Positions 1 through 8,776 of a stretch of 46,772 bases of DNA are shown piece after piece (position 1 is the stretch's first letter; each line of letters begins with the position of its first letter). The stretch comes from Acidobacteriota bacterium (GTDB lineage: Bacteria; Acidobacteriota; Thermoanaerobaculia; UBA5066), in assembly GCA_022711615.1 (NCBI GenBank), contig JAKLER010000002.1, positions 1 to 46,772 of the forward strand. Reading direction: 5' to 3'. Made by a program: the position numbers and the translations under genes. The notes under the pieces were generated by a model. That model saw only the letters and a program-made list of their open reading frames with translations. It searched no databases and was not told the DNA's origin.

Positions 1-142
1 GGGAGGCGACCTCGCCCGCAGCGTGCCCCCCCATGCCGTCGGCGACGACGAAGAGGCCGCGCTCGGCGTCGAGCAGGTAGGCGTCCTCGTTGTGCTTTCT
101 CTTCCGGCCGACGTCGGTGAGACCGAATGCGGTGAGCGCCAC
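1..142 (-). CDS. PP2C-family Ser/Thr protein phosphatase, N-terminal fragment (continues beyond window start)
   Basis: Manual minus-strand translation from GTG at 142-140 gives [47 protein letters not shown]. This carries the canonical PP2C N-terminal motifs (TDxGxxRxxNED, ADGMGGH). It is absent from the ORF track because it is truncated. Confidence 0.65.
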   Translation of the reverse strand, partial: MALTAFGLTDVGRKRKHNEDAYLLDAERGLFVVADGMGGHAAGEVAS

Positions 143-151
143 GGCCGGATT

Positions 152-802
152 CTAGCCCTTCCGCCCGAACAGCCCGCCGAGGAGACCCCGGTTCTCGGAG
201 GGCGGCTTGAGCTCGCTGGCGAGGCGCTGGACCTCCCCGTCCTCGGGGATCCGCTGCAGGGCCTCCTGAAGGTGGCGCTCCGCCTTCGTCCGGAGGCCGA
301 CCTGGAGGTAGAGGCGGGCCGCCTCCCGGTGGACGGCGCCGTTCTCGCCGTCCAGGCGGAGGGCGCCCTCGACCGCTTCGACGCCCCTCCGCTCCTTCCC
401 CGGGATGCGGCTGCAGACGAGGGCGAGGTAGTGCAGCGCCTTGGCGTCTTTGTTCCAGTGGTGGACCGAGAGGTCGAACTGCTGGAACGCCGTGGCCAGG
501 TCCCCCTCGCGGTAGGCCTTGACCCCCTTGGCCAGGTAGACCTTCGCGATCGCCGCCGGGTCGAACGTGGACGCGCCGGCCCCCTTGTCGAGGTCGAAGT
601 CGTGCGCCTTGCGGCGCTGCCCGTTCGTCAGGACGTTGACCGCCTCCGTCAGGAGCTGGAAGCGCGCTTCGGCTTCGGCCTTCTTCGCGGGGTCCGAGAC
701 GCGGTCCGGGTGCGCATCCCGGGCGAGCGCGCGGAAGCGATTGCGGATGACCTCGTCCGAGGAGTCGCGGCTCACCCCGAGGATCTCGTAGTAGTTCGTC
801 AC
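152..802 (-). CDS. J-domain (DnaJ-like) protein with C-terminal TPR-like repeats
   Basis: 216-aa ORF. The N-terminus YYEILGV...AHPDR has the HPD J-domain signature. The C-terminal half is helical and TPR-like (AKGVKAYREGDLATAFQQF...). GTG start. Confidence 0.85.
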   Translation of the reverse strand: MTNYYEILGVSRDSSDEVIRNRFRALARDAHPDRVSDPAKKAEAEARFQLLTEAVNVLTNGQRRKAHDFDLDKGAGASTFDPAAIAKVYLAKGVKAYREGDLATAFQQFDLSVHHWNKDAKALHYLALVCSRIPGKERRGVEAVEGALRLDGENGAVHREAARLYLQVGLRTKAERHLQEALQRIPEDGEVQRLASELKPPSENRGLLGGLFGRKG

Positions 803-855
803 GGCTTTCCCGTCAGCTTGCGCGGACCGAGCCCCCTTGCGCAGACGTTGACGAA

Positions 856-885
856 ATTCTCACATGCTCCTCACGCCAAACTCAA
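856..885 (-). promoter_or_regulatory. candidate sigma70-type promoter for the J-domain gene (TTGAGT-N18-GAGAAT, TG at the extended -10 position)
   Basis: Minus strand reads TTGAGT (885-880), an 18-nt spacer ending in TGt, then GAGAAT (861-856). It lies in the 119-nt gap between the upstream stop (922) and the GTG at 802. Motif match only. Confidence 0.3.
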
Positions 886-921
886 GCGCCGTGTCGGCGC
901 CCGGCACCCGTCCAAAAAGCC

Positions 922-1971
922 TCAGAGCTGGCGGCGCTGGACGATCCGCTTCGCCGTGACACGGACCGCCTCCGGGACGTTCCGGTCGGTCGACAGCGTC
1001 GTCTGGTCTCTCTGGGAGAGCCTCGTGACGAGCGCCAGGGTCACGTCGATGGGCGAGCGGGGGTTCTTCACGATCGCGGACATCAGCGAGTACTTCTTCA
1101 TCCACTCGCGCTTCTGGGCGATCGCCCGGAGGACGTCCTCCGAGACGCTCTTCATGTTCGCGATGACCTCGGCATCGGCCTCGTTCGTCTTCGGCGACTT
1201 CAGGACGGCCGTGGAGACGAGCCGGTTCGTGTCGCGCACGAGGAAGAGCCGCTCCTCCCGGTTCCCCCGGTAGGCGACCCGGATCTTCTCGGCCACGGTG
1301 AGCGAGCCGAGCCGGAAGAGCACGTCGCCCGACTCCTCCTCGGGCGCGGCCGCTGCACGCCCCTTCTCCGCCACCTCCTCGGCGTCGGCGATCTCCTCGG
1401 CGTCGGCGATCTCCTCCGCGTCGGCGATCTCCTCGGCCTCCTCGATTCGCCCCCCCCGCTCGCGCTCCTTCTTGAGGAAGAACTCCTCCAGGAACTCGTC
1501 GGCTCGCCGGCGGATGTCGGCCGAGAGGTCGGGGTTCTCGAAGAGGTTCTCGACGATCGCGGGAGCGGCGAGGAGACGCGCCTGGTTCGTGACGAGGACG
1601 TCCTGGAGCTCGGGCGGGATGCGCCGGGCGAGCCAGACGAGCGTGGCGTCCGAGACCGCCCGGTGCTGGAGGACCGTTTCCAGGACGCGGCGCTCCTTCG
1701 ACCGCCGGGCGATCGCGTCGAGCTGCTCGGTCCGGATCCCCTCCGAACGGACGGCGCCGTGGAGCGATTCCACGTCGAAGCCGCGAAAAGTCTCTTCGCA
1801 AAGCGGGGCGAGCTCGGGATCTGCGGACGCGAGGATCGAACCGACGGCCCGGACGAGGTCCGCGGGTGCGAGCGGCACGAAGCCCCGGGCGGCGAACTCG
1901 AGGATTCGGCGGGGGGCCTGGCCGCTCTCGATCGCGGCGAGGAGGTCCAGCTCGGGGGCGTCCGCGGACAT
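922..1971 (-). CDS. hypothetical alpha-helical repeat protein with acidic EEIADA tandem repeat (paralogous to 2910..3710)
   Basis: 349-aa ORF with normal, non-Arg/Pro-biased composition. It shares the motif AIVxxPxxPxxxxLxLxxxLxxRDxxxxxxxRxxPxxVR with the 266-aa protein at 2910..3710. No family is named with confidence. Confidence 0.75.
   Translation of the reverse strand: MSADAPELDLLAAIESGQAPRRILEFAARGFVPLAPADLVRAVGSILASADPELAPLCEETFRGFDVESLHGAVRSEGIRTEQLDAIARRSKERRVLETVLQHRAVSDATLVWLARRIPPELQDVLVTNQARLLAAPAIVENLFENPDLSADIRRRADEFLEEFFLKKERERGGRIEEAEEIADAEEIADAEEIADAEEVAEKGRAAAAPEEESGDVLFRLGSLTVAEKIRVAYRGNREERLFLVRDTNRLVSTAVLKSPKTNEADAEVIANMKSVSEDVLRAIAQKREWMKKYSLMSAIVKNPRSPIDVTLALVTRLSQRDQTTLSTDRNVPEAVRVTAKRIVQRRQL
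1381..1434. repeat. 18-nt in-frame tandem repeat x3 (ggcgtcggcgatctcctc) with degenerate flanking copies, encoding (EEIADA)n
   Basis: Direct reading: 1381-1398 and 1399-1416 are identical, and 1417-1434 differs by one nt. Partial copies lie on both sides. Confidence 0.9.
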
Positions 1972-2002
1972 GCGGGAGGGAGCTTACGCCAGGGCGGTCC
2001 GG

Positions 2003-2860
2003 TCAGCCGTCCCGCGATGCGTCGGCGCCTTCGCCGATGACGTAGTTCCGGACGACCTGGCCCGGCTGCCCGACGGCGCCGAGGGCGGCGCCGTCCACGT
2101 CGACGGTCACGCCGCCGGCGTTGCCGAGCGTCAGGACGAACGTCCGGCCCCCCTCGAACTGCCGCCTGGTCCCCTTGCGGAAGAGCTCCGCCGCGACGAT
2201 CCGTCCGTCGACGCTCACCTCCGTCCAGCAGTCGTCGCTGAACGTCAGCGTGAGCGTGCGCCCCTCTTCCGCGGACGAGCCCGCGGAACGGGCAACGGCC
2301 GGGTCGACGAGGGGCCGGTCGGCGGCGAGCGGGACCGTCGCCGCGGCGACCTCGGGCGGAAGGCCGAGGGCCTGCGGGACGGGCGTCGCGGCCTCCGCCG
2401 GGGCCGCGGAACGCACGGCCTCCTCCGCGGGCTCACCCGTCCGGCCCTTCAGGAGCGCGGCCGCTCCCGTCAGGACGGCGACGACGAGCGCGACGCCGAC
2501 GCCGAGGGCCGTCGTGTTGATCGAGACGTTCTTGCGCGGACGCGAGAGTCGGATCCGGTCGGAGGAGGACGCGAGCGTCGAAGCGGCGCTCTTCTCGCGC
2601 TCGACGGACCACTCCTCGTGGACGTGGTTGAACGCGGCGGCGGTCCGCTCGGCGTCGAGCCCGAGGTGCCGCGCCAGGGCGAGGACGAATCCTCGCGCGA
2701 AGACTCGCGCGGGAAGCTGCTCGAAACGCCCGGTCTCGAGCGCCTCGATCTGGCGGACCGAAACCTTCGTCACGTCCGCGAGCTGCTCGCGCGTGACCTC
2801 CCGGAGCTCGCGCTCCCTGCGCAGCTCCTCTCCGAATTGCTGGGGGGTCTCGACGGCCAA
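2003..2860 (-). CDS. rodZ: RodZ-like cytoskeleton protein (XRE-type HTH, TM helix, C-terminal DUF4115-like domain)
   Basis: 285-aa ORF with three parts. The N-terminal HTH is FGEELRRERELREVTREQLADVTKVSVRQIEALETGRFEQLP. The single TM segment is ALGVGVALVVAVLTGAAALL. The C-terminal beta-rich segment is TLTFSDDCWTEVSVDGR...TLGNAGGVTVDVDG. TTG start preceded by GGAGG 8 nt upstream. Confidence 0.8.
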   Translation of the reverse strand: MAVETPQQFGEELRRERELREVTREQLADVTKVSVRQIEALETGRFEQLPARVFARGFVLALARHLGLDAERTAAAFNHVHEEWSVEREKSAASTLASSSDRIRLSRPRKNVSINTTALGVGVALVVAVLTGAAALLKGRTGEPAEEAVRSAAPAEAATPVPQALGLPPEVAAATVPLAADRPLVDPAVARSAGSSAEEGRTLTLTFSDDCWTEVSVDGRIVAAELFRKGTRRQFEGGRTFVLTLGNAGGVTVDVDGAALGAVGQPGQVVRNYVIGEGADASRDG

Positions 2861-2883
2861 CCGATAAACCTCCGGGGCAGAAG

Positions 2884-2913
2884 AGATTACATTTCCAGCG
2901 GGAGAGGTGTCAA
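2884..2913 (-). promoter_or_regulatory. candidate sigma70-type promoter upstream of rodZ-like gene (TTGACA-N18-TAATCT)
   Basis: Minus strand has TTGACA at 2913-2908, overlapping the TGA stop of the upstream gene, and TAATCT at 2889-2884. Motif match only. Confidence 0.35.
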
Positions 2914-3710
2914 ATTCCTCCGTCGGCCCGCTGGGGCCGCTCGACGCGGCCGCGGGCGCGGCCCGCCTCCTCCAGGAGGGACCGGGCGCACGCCGCGAGA
3001 AGCGGGTCGGCCGCCGGATCGCCCGCGAGCCGCTCCCAGACGGGCCGCTCCGAGGAGGACAGGAGGGAGAGCGCGAGCGCGCGCGGCGTCCTCCGCGACA
3101 GGAGGAGCGCCGAGCGGACGGCCGTCCGCTCCATCCAGCGCGCGGTACGCGCGAGGAGCGCGAGCTGCGCCTCCTTCGGCTGCCGGACGAGGAGCCAGGC
3201 CGTCAGGTCCTCCTCCACGATCCTCGGGTTCCCGAGCAGAGCCGCGAGGACGTCGACGTCCCCGTCGTCGAGCAGGGCGCCCGCGAGGGCCCGGTCCGCC
3301 AGGCGCGCGATCGCCGTCCGCTCCCCGCGCGAGAGCCTGGGAAGCGCCTCGAGCAGGCGCCGGTTCGCGGCGTGGCGGACCGGCATCGGCGTTCGCGACT
3401 CGCGCCCTACGTCGACGAGGTCCCTCCAGGGGAGGTCCTCGAGGAGGCGGAGCGCGTCGGGGCGCGGCGTCCCCGGATGGAGGACGATCGCCTTCCGGAC
3501 CTCGCGGCTCGCGAGGAGCGCGGGCGCCTCGAGGACGAGCGCGATCACGGCCTCCCCGGCGTACGGGTGCCGCAGGCAGCGCAGGACCTCCGCCTCGCCG
3601 AGGCTGGGAAGGTTCTCCTCCACGAACGCGGCGAGGGAGGCCCGGTCCGCACGCGAGATCGCGGCGGTGAAGGAGCCGGGCTCCGGCCCGTCCCGGCGGG
3701 GCTCGTTCAC
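2910..3710 (-). CDS. hypothetical alpha-helical repeat protein (paralog of 922..1971)
   Basis: 266-aa ORF with a GTG start 7 nt after the trpA stop. Leu/Ala-rich helical repeats with recurring xxNP/HPxxP motifs. Similar to the C-terminus of the 349-aa protein. Confidence 0.7.
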   Translation of the reverse strand: MNEPRRDGPEPGSFTAAISRADRASLAAFVEENLPSLGEAEVLRCLRHPYAGEAVIALVLEAPALLASREVRKAIVLHPGTPRPDALRLLEDLPWRDLVDVGRESRTPMPVRHAANRRLLEALPRLSRGERTAIARLADRALAGALLDDGDVDVLAALLGNPRIVEEDLTAWLLVRQPKEAQLALLARTARWMERTAVRSALLLSRRTPRALALSLLSSSERPVWERLAGDPAADPLLAACARSLLEEAGRARGRVERPQRADGGI

Positions 3711-3717
3711 CCGGTCA

Positions 3718-4524
3718 TTATCGGCTCGTCGCGGCGGCGAGCGCCCTCACGAGCGCCGCGGCCGCCTCGACGGGATCGGCGCCGCCACGCACGGCGTCCT
3801 CCATCGAGAGGACGACGGCGCTCCCGACGACGACTCCGTCGGCCAGGCAGGAAACCGCGGCGACCTGGGCCGGGGTCGAGATGCCGAAGCCGACGGCGAC
3901 CGGGAGCCGCCCGACTCCGTCGCGAACGCGCCCGACGAGCTCCTCGAGACCGCTCGGCACGTCGGCTCGCACGCCCGTGACGCCGGCGCGCGAGACGACG
4001 TAGACGAAGCCGCGCGAGAGCCGGCCGACCGTCTTCGCCCGCTTCGGAGGCGAGGTCGGCGCGAGGAGGAAGACCGGGTCGAGGCGCGCAGCCTTCAGCG
4101 TCGCCGCGAAGGCGGCGCCCTCCTCCGGCGGGAGGTCGGTCACGAGGGCCCCGTCGACGCCCGCGGCCGCGGCGCGCGCGGCGAACACGGCCTCGCCCAT
4201 CGAGAGGACAGGGTTCGCGTAGCCGAAGAGGACGAGGGGCACGTCGAGACCGGAGGCCCGCGACCGCGCGACGAGGTCGAGGACGGCGGAGAGGCTCGCT
4301 CCGGCCGCGAGGCCCCGCTCGCTCGCCCGCTGGATCGCGGGCCCGTCCGCGATCGGGTCGGAGAACGGCACGCCGAGCTCGATCACGTCGGCGCCGGCGG
4401 CGGCGAGGGCCGGGAGCAGACGCTCCGTGACCTCGAGCGACGGGTCGCCCGCCTCGACGAAGACGACCAGGGCGGCGCGGCCGTCGCGCGCGGCACGCGA
4501 GAAGGCCCGACCGATGCGGCTCAC
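3718..4524 (-). CDS. trpA: tryptophan synthase alpha chain
   Basis: The C-terminal 268 aa of ORF 3718..5325 read [31 protein letters not shown]...[17 protein letters not shown]... The GTG start at 4524 overlaps the trpB stop (GTGA). The upstream part of the track ORF is Arg/Pro junk. Confidence 0.93.
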   Translation of the reverse strand: MSRIGRAFSRAARDGRAALVVFVEAGDPSLEVTERLLPALAAAGADVIELGVPFSDPIADGPAIQRASERGLAAGASLSAVLDLVARSRASGLDVPLVLFGYANPVLSMGEAVFAARAAAAGVDGALVTDLPPEEGAAFAATLKAARLDPVFLLAPTSPPKRAKTVGRLSRGFVYVVSRAGVTGVRADVPSGLEELVGRVRDGVGRLPVAVGFGISTPAQVAAVSCLADGVVVGSAVVLSMEDAVRGGADPVEAAAALVRALAAATSR

Positions 4525-5732
4525 AGGGCCACCCCCGCGGCGCCCTCGAGCCGCGCGACGGTCGGCACGTCCTTGTCGCCGCGGCCGGAGAGGCCGAGGA
4601 GGATCGTCCCGCCGCGCCGCTTCGGCGCCTCGCGGAGGACCCACGCGACCGCGTGGGCGCTCTCGAGCGCCGGGATGATCCCCTCCTTCTCGGAAAGGGC
4701 GTGGAAGGCGGCGAGCGCCTCGTCGTCGGTGACGCTCTCGTAGCGGGTCCGGCCGAGCGCGGCGAGGTTCGCATGCTCGGGCCCGACCGCCGGGTAGTCG
4801 AGCCCGGCGGAGACCGAGTGGGTCGGAAGGACCTGGCCGTCGTCGTCGGCGAGGAGGAGCGTCCGCGTTCCGTGCAGGACGCCGACGCGGCCCGGGCCGA
4901 AGCGGGCCGCGTGCTCCCCCGGCGCGGAAGAGCGGCCGCCCGCCTCGACGCCGACGAGCTCGACCTCCCGTTCGGGGAGGAAGGCGTGGAAGAGGCCGAT
5001 CGCGTTCGAGCCGCCGCCGACGCAGGCGACGACGAGGTCGGGGAGGCCCCCGAGGAGCTTCCTCGCCTGCGCGCGCGCCTCGCGGCCGATGACGGCGTGG
5101 AAATCGCGGACCATCCGCGGGTACGGGTGCGGCCCGAGGGCCGAGCCGAGGACGTAGTGCGTGTCGGCGTAGCTCGCCACCCAGTCGCGCATCGCCTCGT
5201 TGATCGCGTCCTTGAGCGTCTTCGACCCGGAGTCGACGGGGACGACTTTCGTTCCGAGAAGCCTCATCCGGTAGACGTTCAGCGCCTGGCGCTCGACGTC
5301 GACGGAGCCCATGTAGACGACGCACGGGATCCCGAGGAGCGCGGCCGCCGTCGCCGTCGCGACGCCGTGCTGGCCGGCCCCGGTCTCCGCGATGACGCGG
5401 CTCTTTCCCATCCGCTTCGCGAGGAGCACCTGCCCGAGCGCGTTGTTGATCTTGTGCGCCCCCGTGTGGAGGAGGTCCTCGCGCTTGAGGAGAATTCGCG
5501 CCCCGAGCTCCTCCGAGAGGCGCTTCGCCTCGGTGAGCGGCGTCGGCCGGCCCGCGTACGTCGTCAGGAGGTGGTGGAGCTCGCGGCGGAACGACGCGTC
5601 GGCGCGCGCCTTCGCGTACGCCTTCGTCAGCTCCTCGACGGGCGCCATCAGGGTCTCGGGGACGAACCGCCCGCCGAACTCGCCGAACCGCCCGGCGGCG
5701 TCGGCCTCCGGAACCACGAACTTCTCAGCCAC
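4521..5732 (-). CDS. trpB: tryptophan synthase beta chain
   Basis: [16 protein letters not shown]...HTGAHKINN...GGGSNAIG motifs. GTG at 5732 is preceded by GGAGGA and overlaps the trpCF stop by 8 nt. Confidence 0.95.
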   Translation of the reverse strand: MAEKFVVPEADAAGRFGEFGGRFVPETLMAPVEELTKAYAKARADASFRRELHHLLTTYAGRPTPLTEAKRLSEELGARILLKREDLLHTGAHKINNALGQVLLAKRMGKSRVIAETGAGQHGVATATAAALLGIPCVVYMGSVDVERQALNVYRMRLLGTKVVPVDSGSKTLKDAINEAMRDWVASYADTHYVLGSALGPHPYPRMVRDFHAVIGREARAQARKLLGGLPDLVVACVGGGSNAIGLFHAFLPEREVELVGVEAGGRSSAPGEHAARFGPGRVGVLHGTRTLLLADDDGQVLPTHSVSAGLDYPAVGPEHANLAALGRTRYESVTDDEALAAFHALSEKEGIIPALESAHAVAWVLREAPKRRGGTILLGLSGRGDKDVPTVARLEGAAGVAL

Positions 5733-7161
5733 CGATCCTCCCCTTCTCCGACCGGACCGCGGCGAGGAACGCCGCGAGCTTCGCTCCGTCCTTGATTCCC
5801 GGTGCGCTCTCGACGCCCGAGGCCACGTCGACGCCCGCCGGCGCGCACGCCGCGATCGCCCTCGCGACGTTCTCCGGCGAGAGCCCACCCGCGACGAAGG
5901 TCTTCTCCTTCGCCGGGAAGTGCTCGAGGAGGCTCCAGTCCCATGCGAGGCCCGTCCCTCCCGCGAGCGTCGCGTGCGCGGCGTCGAGGAGGAGGACGTC
6001 CGCGGACCACGACGCGGCCTCCTCGAGCAGGTCCCTCCCCACCCGAACGGCCTGCCACACGGGAACGGGGACGCGCAGCCCCTCCCGCGCCGCGAGGTCG
6101 TCGTGCCACTGGAGCGCGTCGGGCCGAACCGCGTCGACGATCGCTTCCGCCTCGGGCACCCTGTTCCCCGCGACCACGGCGACGACCCCCTTCGCGAAGC
6201 GGCTCGCCTCGCGAAGCGCCCGGCCGTGCGCGAGGTCGACCCGCCGCAGCGAGCGGGTCGAGAAGTTGAGACCGACCCAGTCGGCCCCCAGCTCCTCGGC
6301 CGCGGCGAGGTCCTCCTCGCGCGTCACGCCGCAGACCTTGACCTCCGTCGTTCCCTCGCCGCGCAGCGCGCGGAGCGCGCGGGCCGGGTCGCCGGAGCGC
6401 AGGAGCGACTCGCCGACGAGAAAGGCGTCGAAGCCCGAGGCCGTCAGGCGCGAGACGTCCTCGGGGCGATGGATGCCGCTCTCGGCGACGCGGACGACCG
6501 ACGGCGGCAGCAGGCTCCCCATCGCGGCGACGCGCCCGAGGTCGACGGCGAACGTCCGGAGGTCGCGCGCGTTCAGGCCGACGACCTCCGCCCCCGCGGC
6601 GAGCGCCCGGCGGACCTCCTCCTCGTCGTGCGCCTCGACGATCACCGCGAGGCCGCGCGCACGGGCAGAGAGGTGGAGCCGAACGAGCGCGTCGTCCGTC
6701 AGCGCCGCGACGATGAGGAGGACGGCGTCGGCCCCCAGCGAGAGGGCGAGGTCGAGCTGGACCTCGTCGACGACGAAGTCCTTCATCAGGACGGGGAGCC
6801 CCGAGACCCGCTTCACCTCCGGGAGCCAGGCGAGGTCGCCGCCGAAGAAGTCGGGCTCGGTGACGACCGAGATCGCGGCGGCGCCGGCCCGGCGGTAGGC
6901 CTTCGCGACGGACCGGATCGCGGGCAGGAGGTCGTCGCCGGCGCCGGAGAGCCCGGAGCTGCCTCCCGGCAGCATCGCGCCCGCCGACGGCGAGCGGTGC
7001 TTCACCTCGGCGATCACGCGCGGGCCGCCGGCGCGGAGCGCCGCGAGGAACCGTGCGCCGTCCGACGGAAGGGACGCGGTCCCGCGCGGGGCGAGCTCGC
7101 CCGCCGCGAGCCGCTTCCGGCGGGCGGCGAGGATCTCCGCGAGGATCGAGGGAACGCTCAC
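5725..7161 (-). CDS. trpCF: bifunctional indole-3-glycerol-phosphate synthase / phosphoribosylanthranilate isomerase (TrpC-TrpF fusion)
   Basis: 478 aa. The N-terminal half is IGPS-like ([13 protein letters not shown]...[11 protein letters not shown]...VEAHDEEE). The C-terminal half is PRAI-like ([12 protein letters not shown]...GADWVGLNF...LLDA...GGTG...AGGL). The GTG at 7161 overlaps the trpD stop (GTGA). Confidence 0.92.
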   Translation of the reverse strand: MSVPSILAEILAARRKRLAAGELAPRGTASLPSDGARFLAALRAGGPRVIAEVKHRSPSAGAMLPGGSSGLSGAGDDLLPAIRSVAKAYRRAGAAAISVVTEPDFFGGDLAWLPEVKRVSGLPVLMKDFVVDEVQLDLALSLGADAVLLIVAALTDDALVRLHLSARARGLAVIVEAHDEEEVRRALAAGAEVVGLNARDLRTFAVDLGRVAAMGSLLPPSVVRVAESGIHRPEDVSRLTASGFDAFLVGESLLRSGDPARALRALRGEGTTEVKVCGVTREEDLAAAEELGADWVGLNFSTRSLRRVDLAHGRALREASRFAKGVVAVVAGNRVPEAEAIVDAVRPDALQWHDDLAAREGLRVPVPVWQAVRVGRDLLEEAASWSADVLLLDAAHATLAGGTGLAWDWSLLEHFPAKEKTFVAGGLSPENVARAIAACAPAGVDVASGVESAPGIKDGAKLAAFLAAVRSEKGRIGG

Positions 7162-8210
7162 GCGGCCTCCTGCGAGATCGCCGCGAGCCTCTCGAGCGCC
7201 CGGCGCGCGGCGCCCGAGTCGATCGACGCGGCGGCGCGGGCCATCCCGTCGCCGAGGTCGAGCGCGACGCCGGAGACGAGGAGCGCCGCGGCGGCGTTCA
7301 TCAGGACGGCGTCGCGCCGCGGCCCCTCCTCGCCGTCGAGGATCGAGCGGAGGATCCCGGCGTTCGTTTCCGCGTTCCCGCCCGCCATCTCGCGCGGGTC
7401 GCGCTCGGAAAGGCCGAACGTGGCGGCCGTCCACTCCTCGAGCCGGACCTCTCCTTCCGCCACCTCGGCCACGATCGTCAGGCCGTGCGGGAGGAGCTCG
7501 TCCCCCGCGCCCGAGTTCGAGACGACGAGCGCGTGAGCCGCGCCGAGCGCCGCGAGGGCGTGCGCGAGGACCGGGACGCGGAGCGGGCGGTCGACGCCGA
7601 CGAGCTGGCGCGTCACGCCGAGCGGGTTCGCGAGCGGGCCGGCGAGGTTGAACGCCGTGCGGATGCCGAGCTCTCGGCGCATCGGCCCGACGGATCTCAT
7701 CGCCGCGTGATACGCCGGGGCAAAGAGGAACGTGACGTTCGCCTCCGCGAGCGCCCGCGCCGCGACCACCGGCGGCATGTCGATCCTCACGCCGAGAGCG
7801 GAGAGGACGTCGGCCGACCCGCTCGCCGAAGAGACGGCCCGGTTGCCGTGCTTGGCGACCGGGACGCCTGCTCCCGCGACGACGAACGCCGCCGTCGTCG
7901 AGACGTTGAACGTCCCCTGGCCGTCGCCGCCCGTCCCGCAGACGTCGACGGAGCGCGCGGCGAGCTCCTCCGCGACGGGCGGCCGGGCCGCCCGGGAGCG
8001 AAGCGCGTCGACGACGCCGGCGACCTCCTCCGGCCCCTCCCCGCGCCGCGCCATCGCCGCGAGGAGCGCCGCGGCGCGAACCTGCGAGAAGCTCTCCCCG
8101 AGCATCTCGTCGACGGCGAGGCGCGCCTCCTCCCGCGAGAGCGTCCGCCCTTCCATGACGAGCTTCAGCGCGCGGTGGAGGTCGCCCGCGCCCGGCGCGG
8201 GGAGGCTCAC
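7158..8210 (-). CDS. trpD: anthranilate phosphoribosyltransferase
   Basis: 350-aa ORF with the motifs VDVCGTGGDGQGTFNVST...VAKHGNRAVSSASGSADVLSALG. The GTG start overlaps the trpG stop. Confidence 0.95.
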   Translation of the reverse strand: MSLPAPGAGDLHRALKLVMEGRTLSREEARLAVDEMLGESFSQVRAAALLAAMARRGEGPEEVAGVVDALRSRAARPPVAEELAARSVDVCGTGGDGQGTFNVSTTAAFVVAGAGVPVAKHGNRAVSSASGSADVLSALGVRIDMPPVVAARALAEANVTFLFAPAYHAAMRSVGPMRRELGIRTAFNLAGPLANPLGVTRQLVGVDRPLRVPVLAHALAALGAAHALVVSNSGAGDELLPHGLTIVAEVAEGEVRLEEWTAATFGLSERDPREMAGGNAETNAGILRSILDGEEGPRRDAVLMNAAAALLVSGVALDLGDGMARAAASIDSGAARRALERLAAISQEAA

Positions 8211-8776
8211 GACGCGCCCTTCTCGACGAAGTTCCGGAGGAGCCGCTCCCCTTCCAGCGTGAGGATCGACTCGGGGTGGAACTGGACGCCGACGAGAGGG
8301 AGCGAGCGGTGGCGAAGCCCCATGACGACCCCGTCCGACGTCTCCGCCGTGATCGCGAGACAGTGCGGGACCGTCGGCCGGTCGACGACGAGGGAGTGGT
8401 AGCGCGTCGCGACGAACGGGTTCCCGAGGCCCGCGTAGATCCCCTCCCCGTCGTGGCGGATCTCGGAAGTCTTCCCGTGCATCAGGACGGGCGCCCTCGC
8501 GATGGACGCGCCGAAGACGTGCCCGATCGCCTGGTGCCCGAGGCAGACGCCGAGGAGCGGGACCTCCTCGTTGCGCCGGATCAGCTCCTCGCTGATCCCC
8601 GCGTCCTCGGGGCGCCCCGGCCCGGGCGAGATCACGATCCGCGCCGGCTTCAGCGCGAGCGCTTCCGTGGCCGTCATCGCGTCGTTCCGGACGACGCGGA
8701 CCTCGGGGTGGAGCGTCTGGAGGACCTGGACGAGGTTGAAGGTGAACGAGTCGTAGTTGTCGACGACGAGGATCAC
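8207..8776 (-). CDS. trpG: anthranilate synthase component II (glutamine amidotransferase, TrpG/PabA type)
   Basis: 189 aa reading VILVVDNYDSFTFNLVQ...GVCLGHQAIG...QFHPES. The GTG at 8776 overlaps the trpE stop (GTGA). Confidence 0.93.
   Translation of the reverse strand: MILVVDNYDSFTFNLVQVLQTLHPEVRVVRNDAMTATEALALKPARIVISPGPGRPEDAGISEELIRRNEEVPLLGVCLGHQAIGHVFGASIARAPVLMHGKTSEIRHDGEGIYAGLGNPFVATRYHSLVVDRPTVPHCLAITAETSDGVVMGLRHRSLPLVGVQFHPESILTLEGERLLRNFVEKGAS

Noticed and set aside
1298-3670. 790-aa plus-strand ORF, and similar long ORFs at 23..1273, 2907..3980, 3667..4743, 4653..5795, 5392..7536, 5792..6898, 7053..8402, 8893..10260, 10020..12278, 14719..16695, 16086..17768, 28568..30148, 31613..33298, 33295..34341, 36180..37226, 36922..38112, 38321..39397, 39829..41028 and 42845..44284
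   Set aside because: They are antisense to genes with unmistakable conserved motifs. Their translations are Arg/Pro/Gly/Asp/Glu-rich low-complexity strings, typical of stop-poor alternative frames in roughly 70% GC DNA. They have no recognisable domains and no SD or coupling signals.
3707-4774. Same-strand out-of-frame ORFs overlapping real genes (3707..4774, 860..1801, 8207..9604 N-terminal part, 21624..22922, 23162..24511, 24678..26372, 27308..28282, 28284..28850, 31608..32699, 39689..40768, 44221..46125, 45887..46495 and others)
   Set aside because: They are frame-shifted shadows of trpA/trpB, rpoA, rpsD, secY, rplB, fusA and similar genes. Their composition is extremely Arg/Pro/Gly-rich. 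The alternative frame carries the conserved protein.
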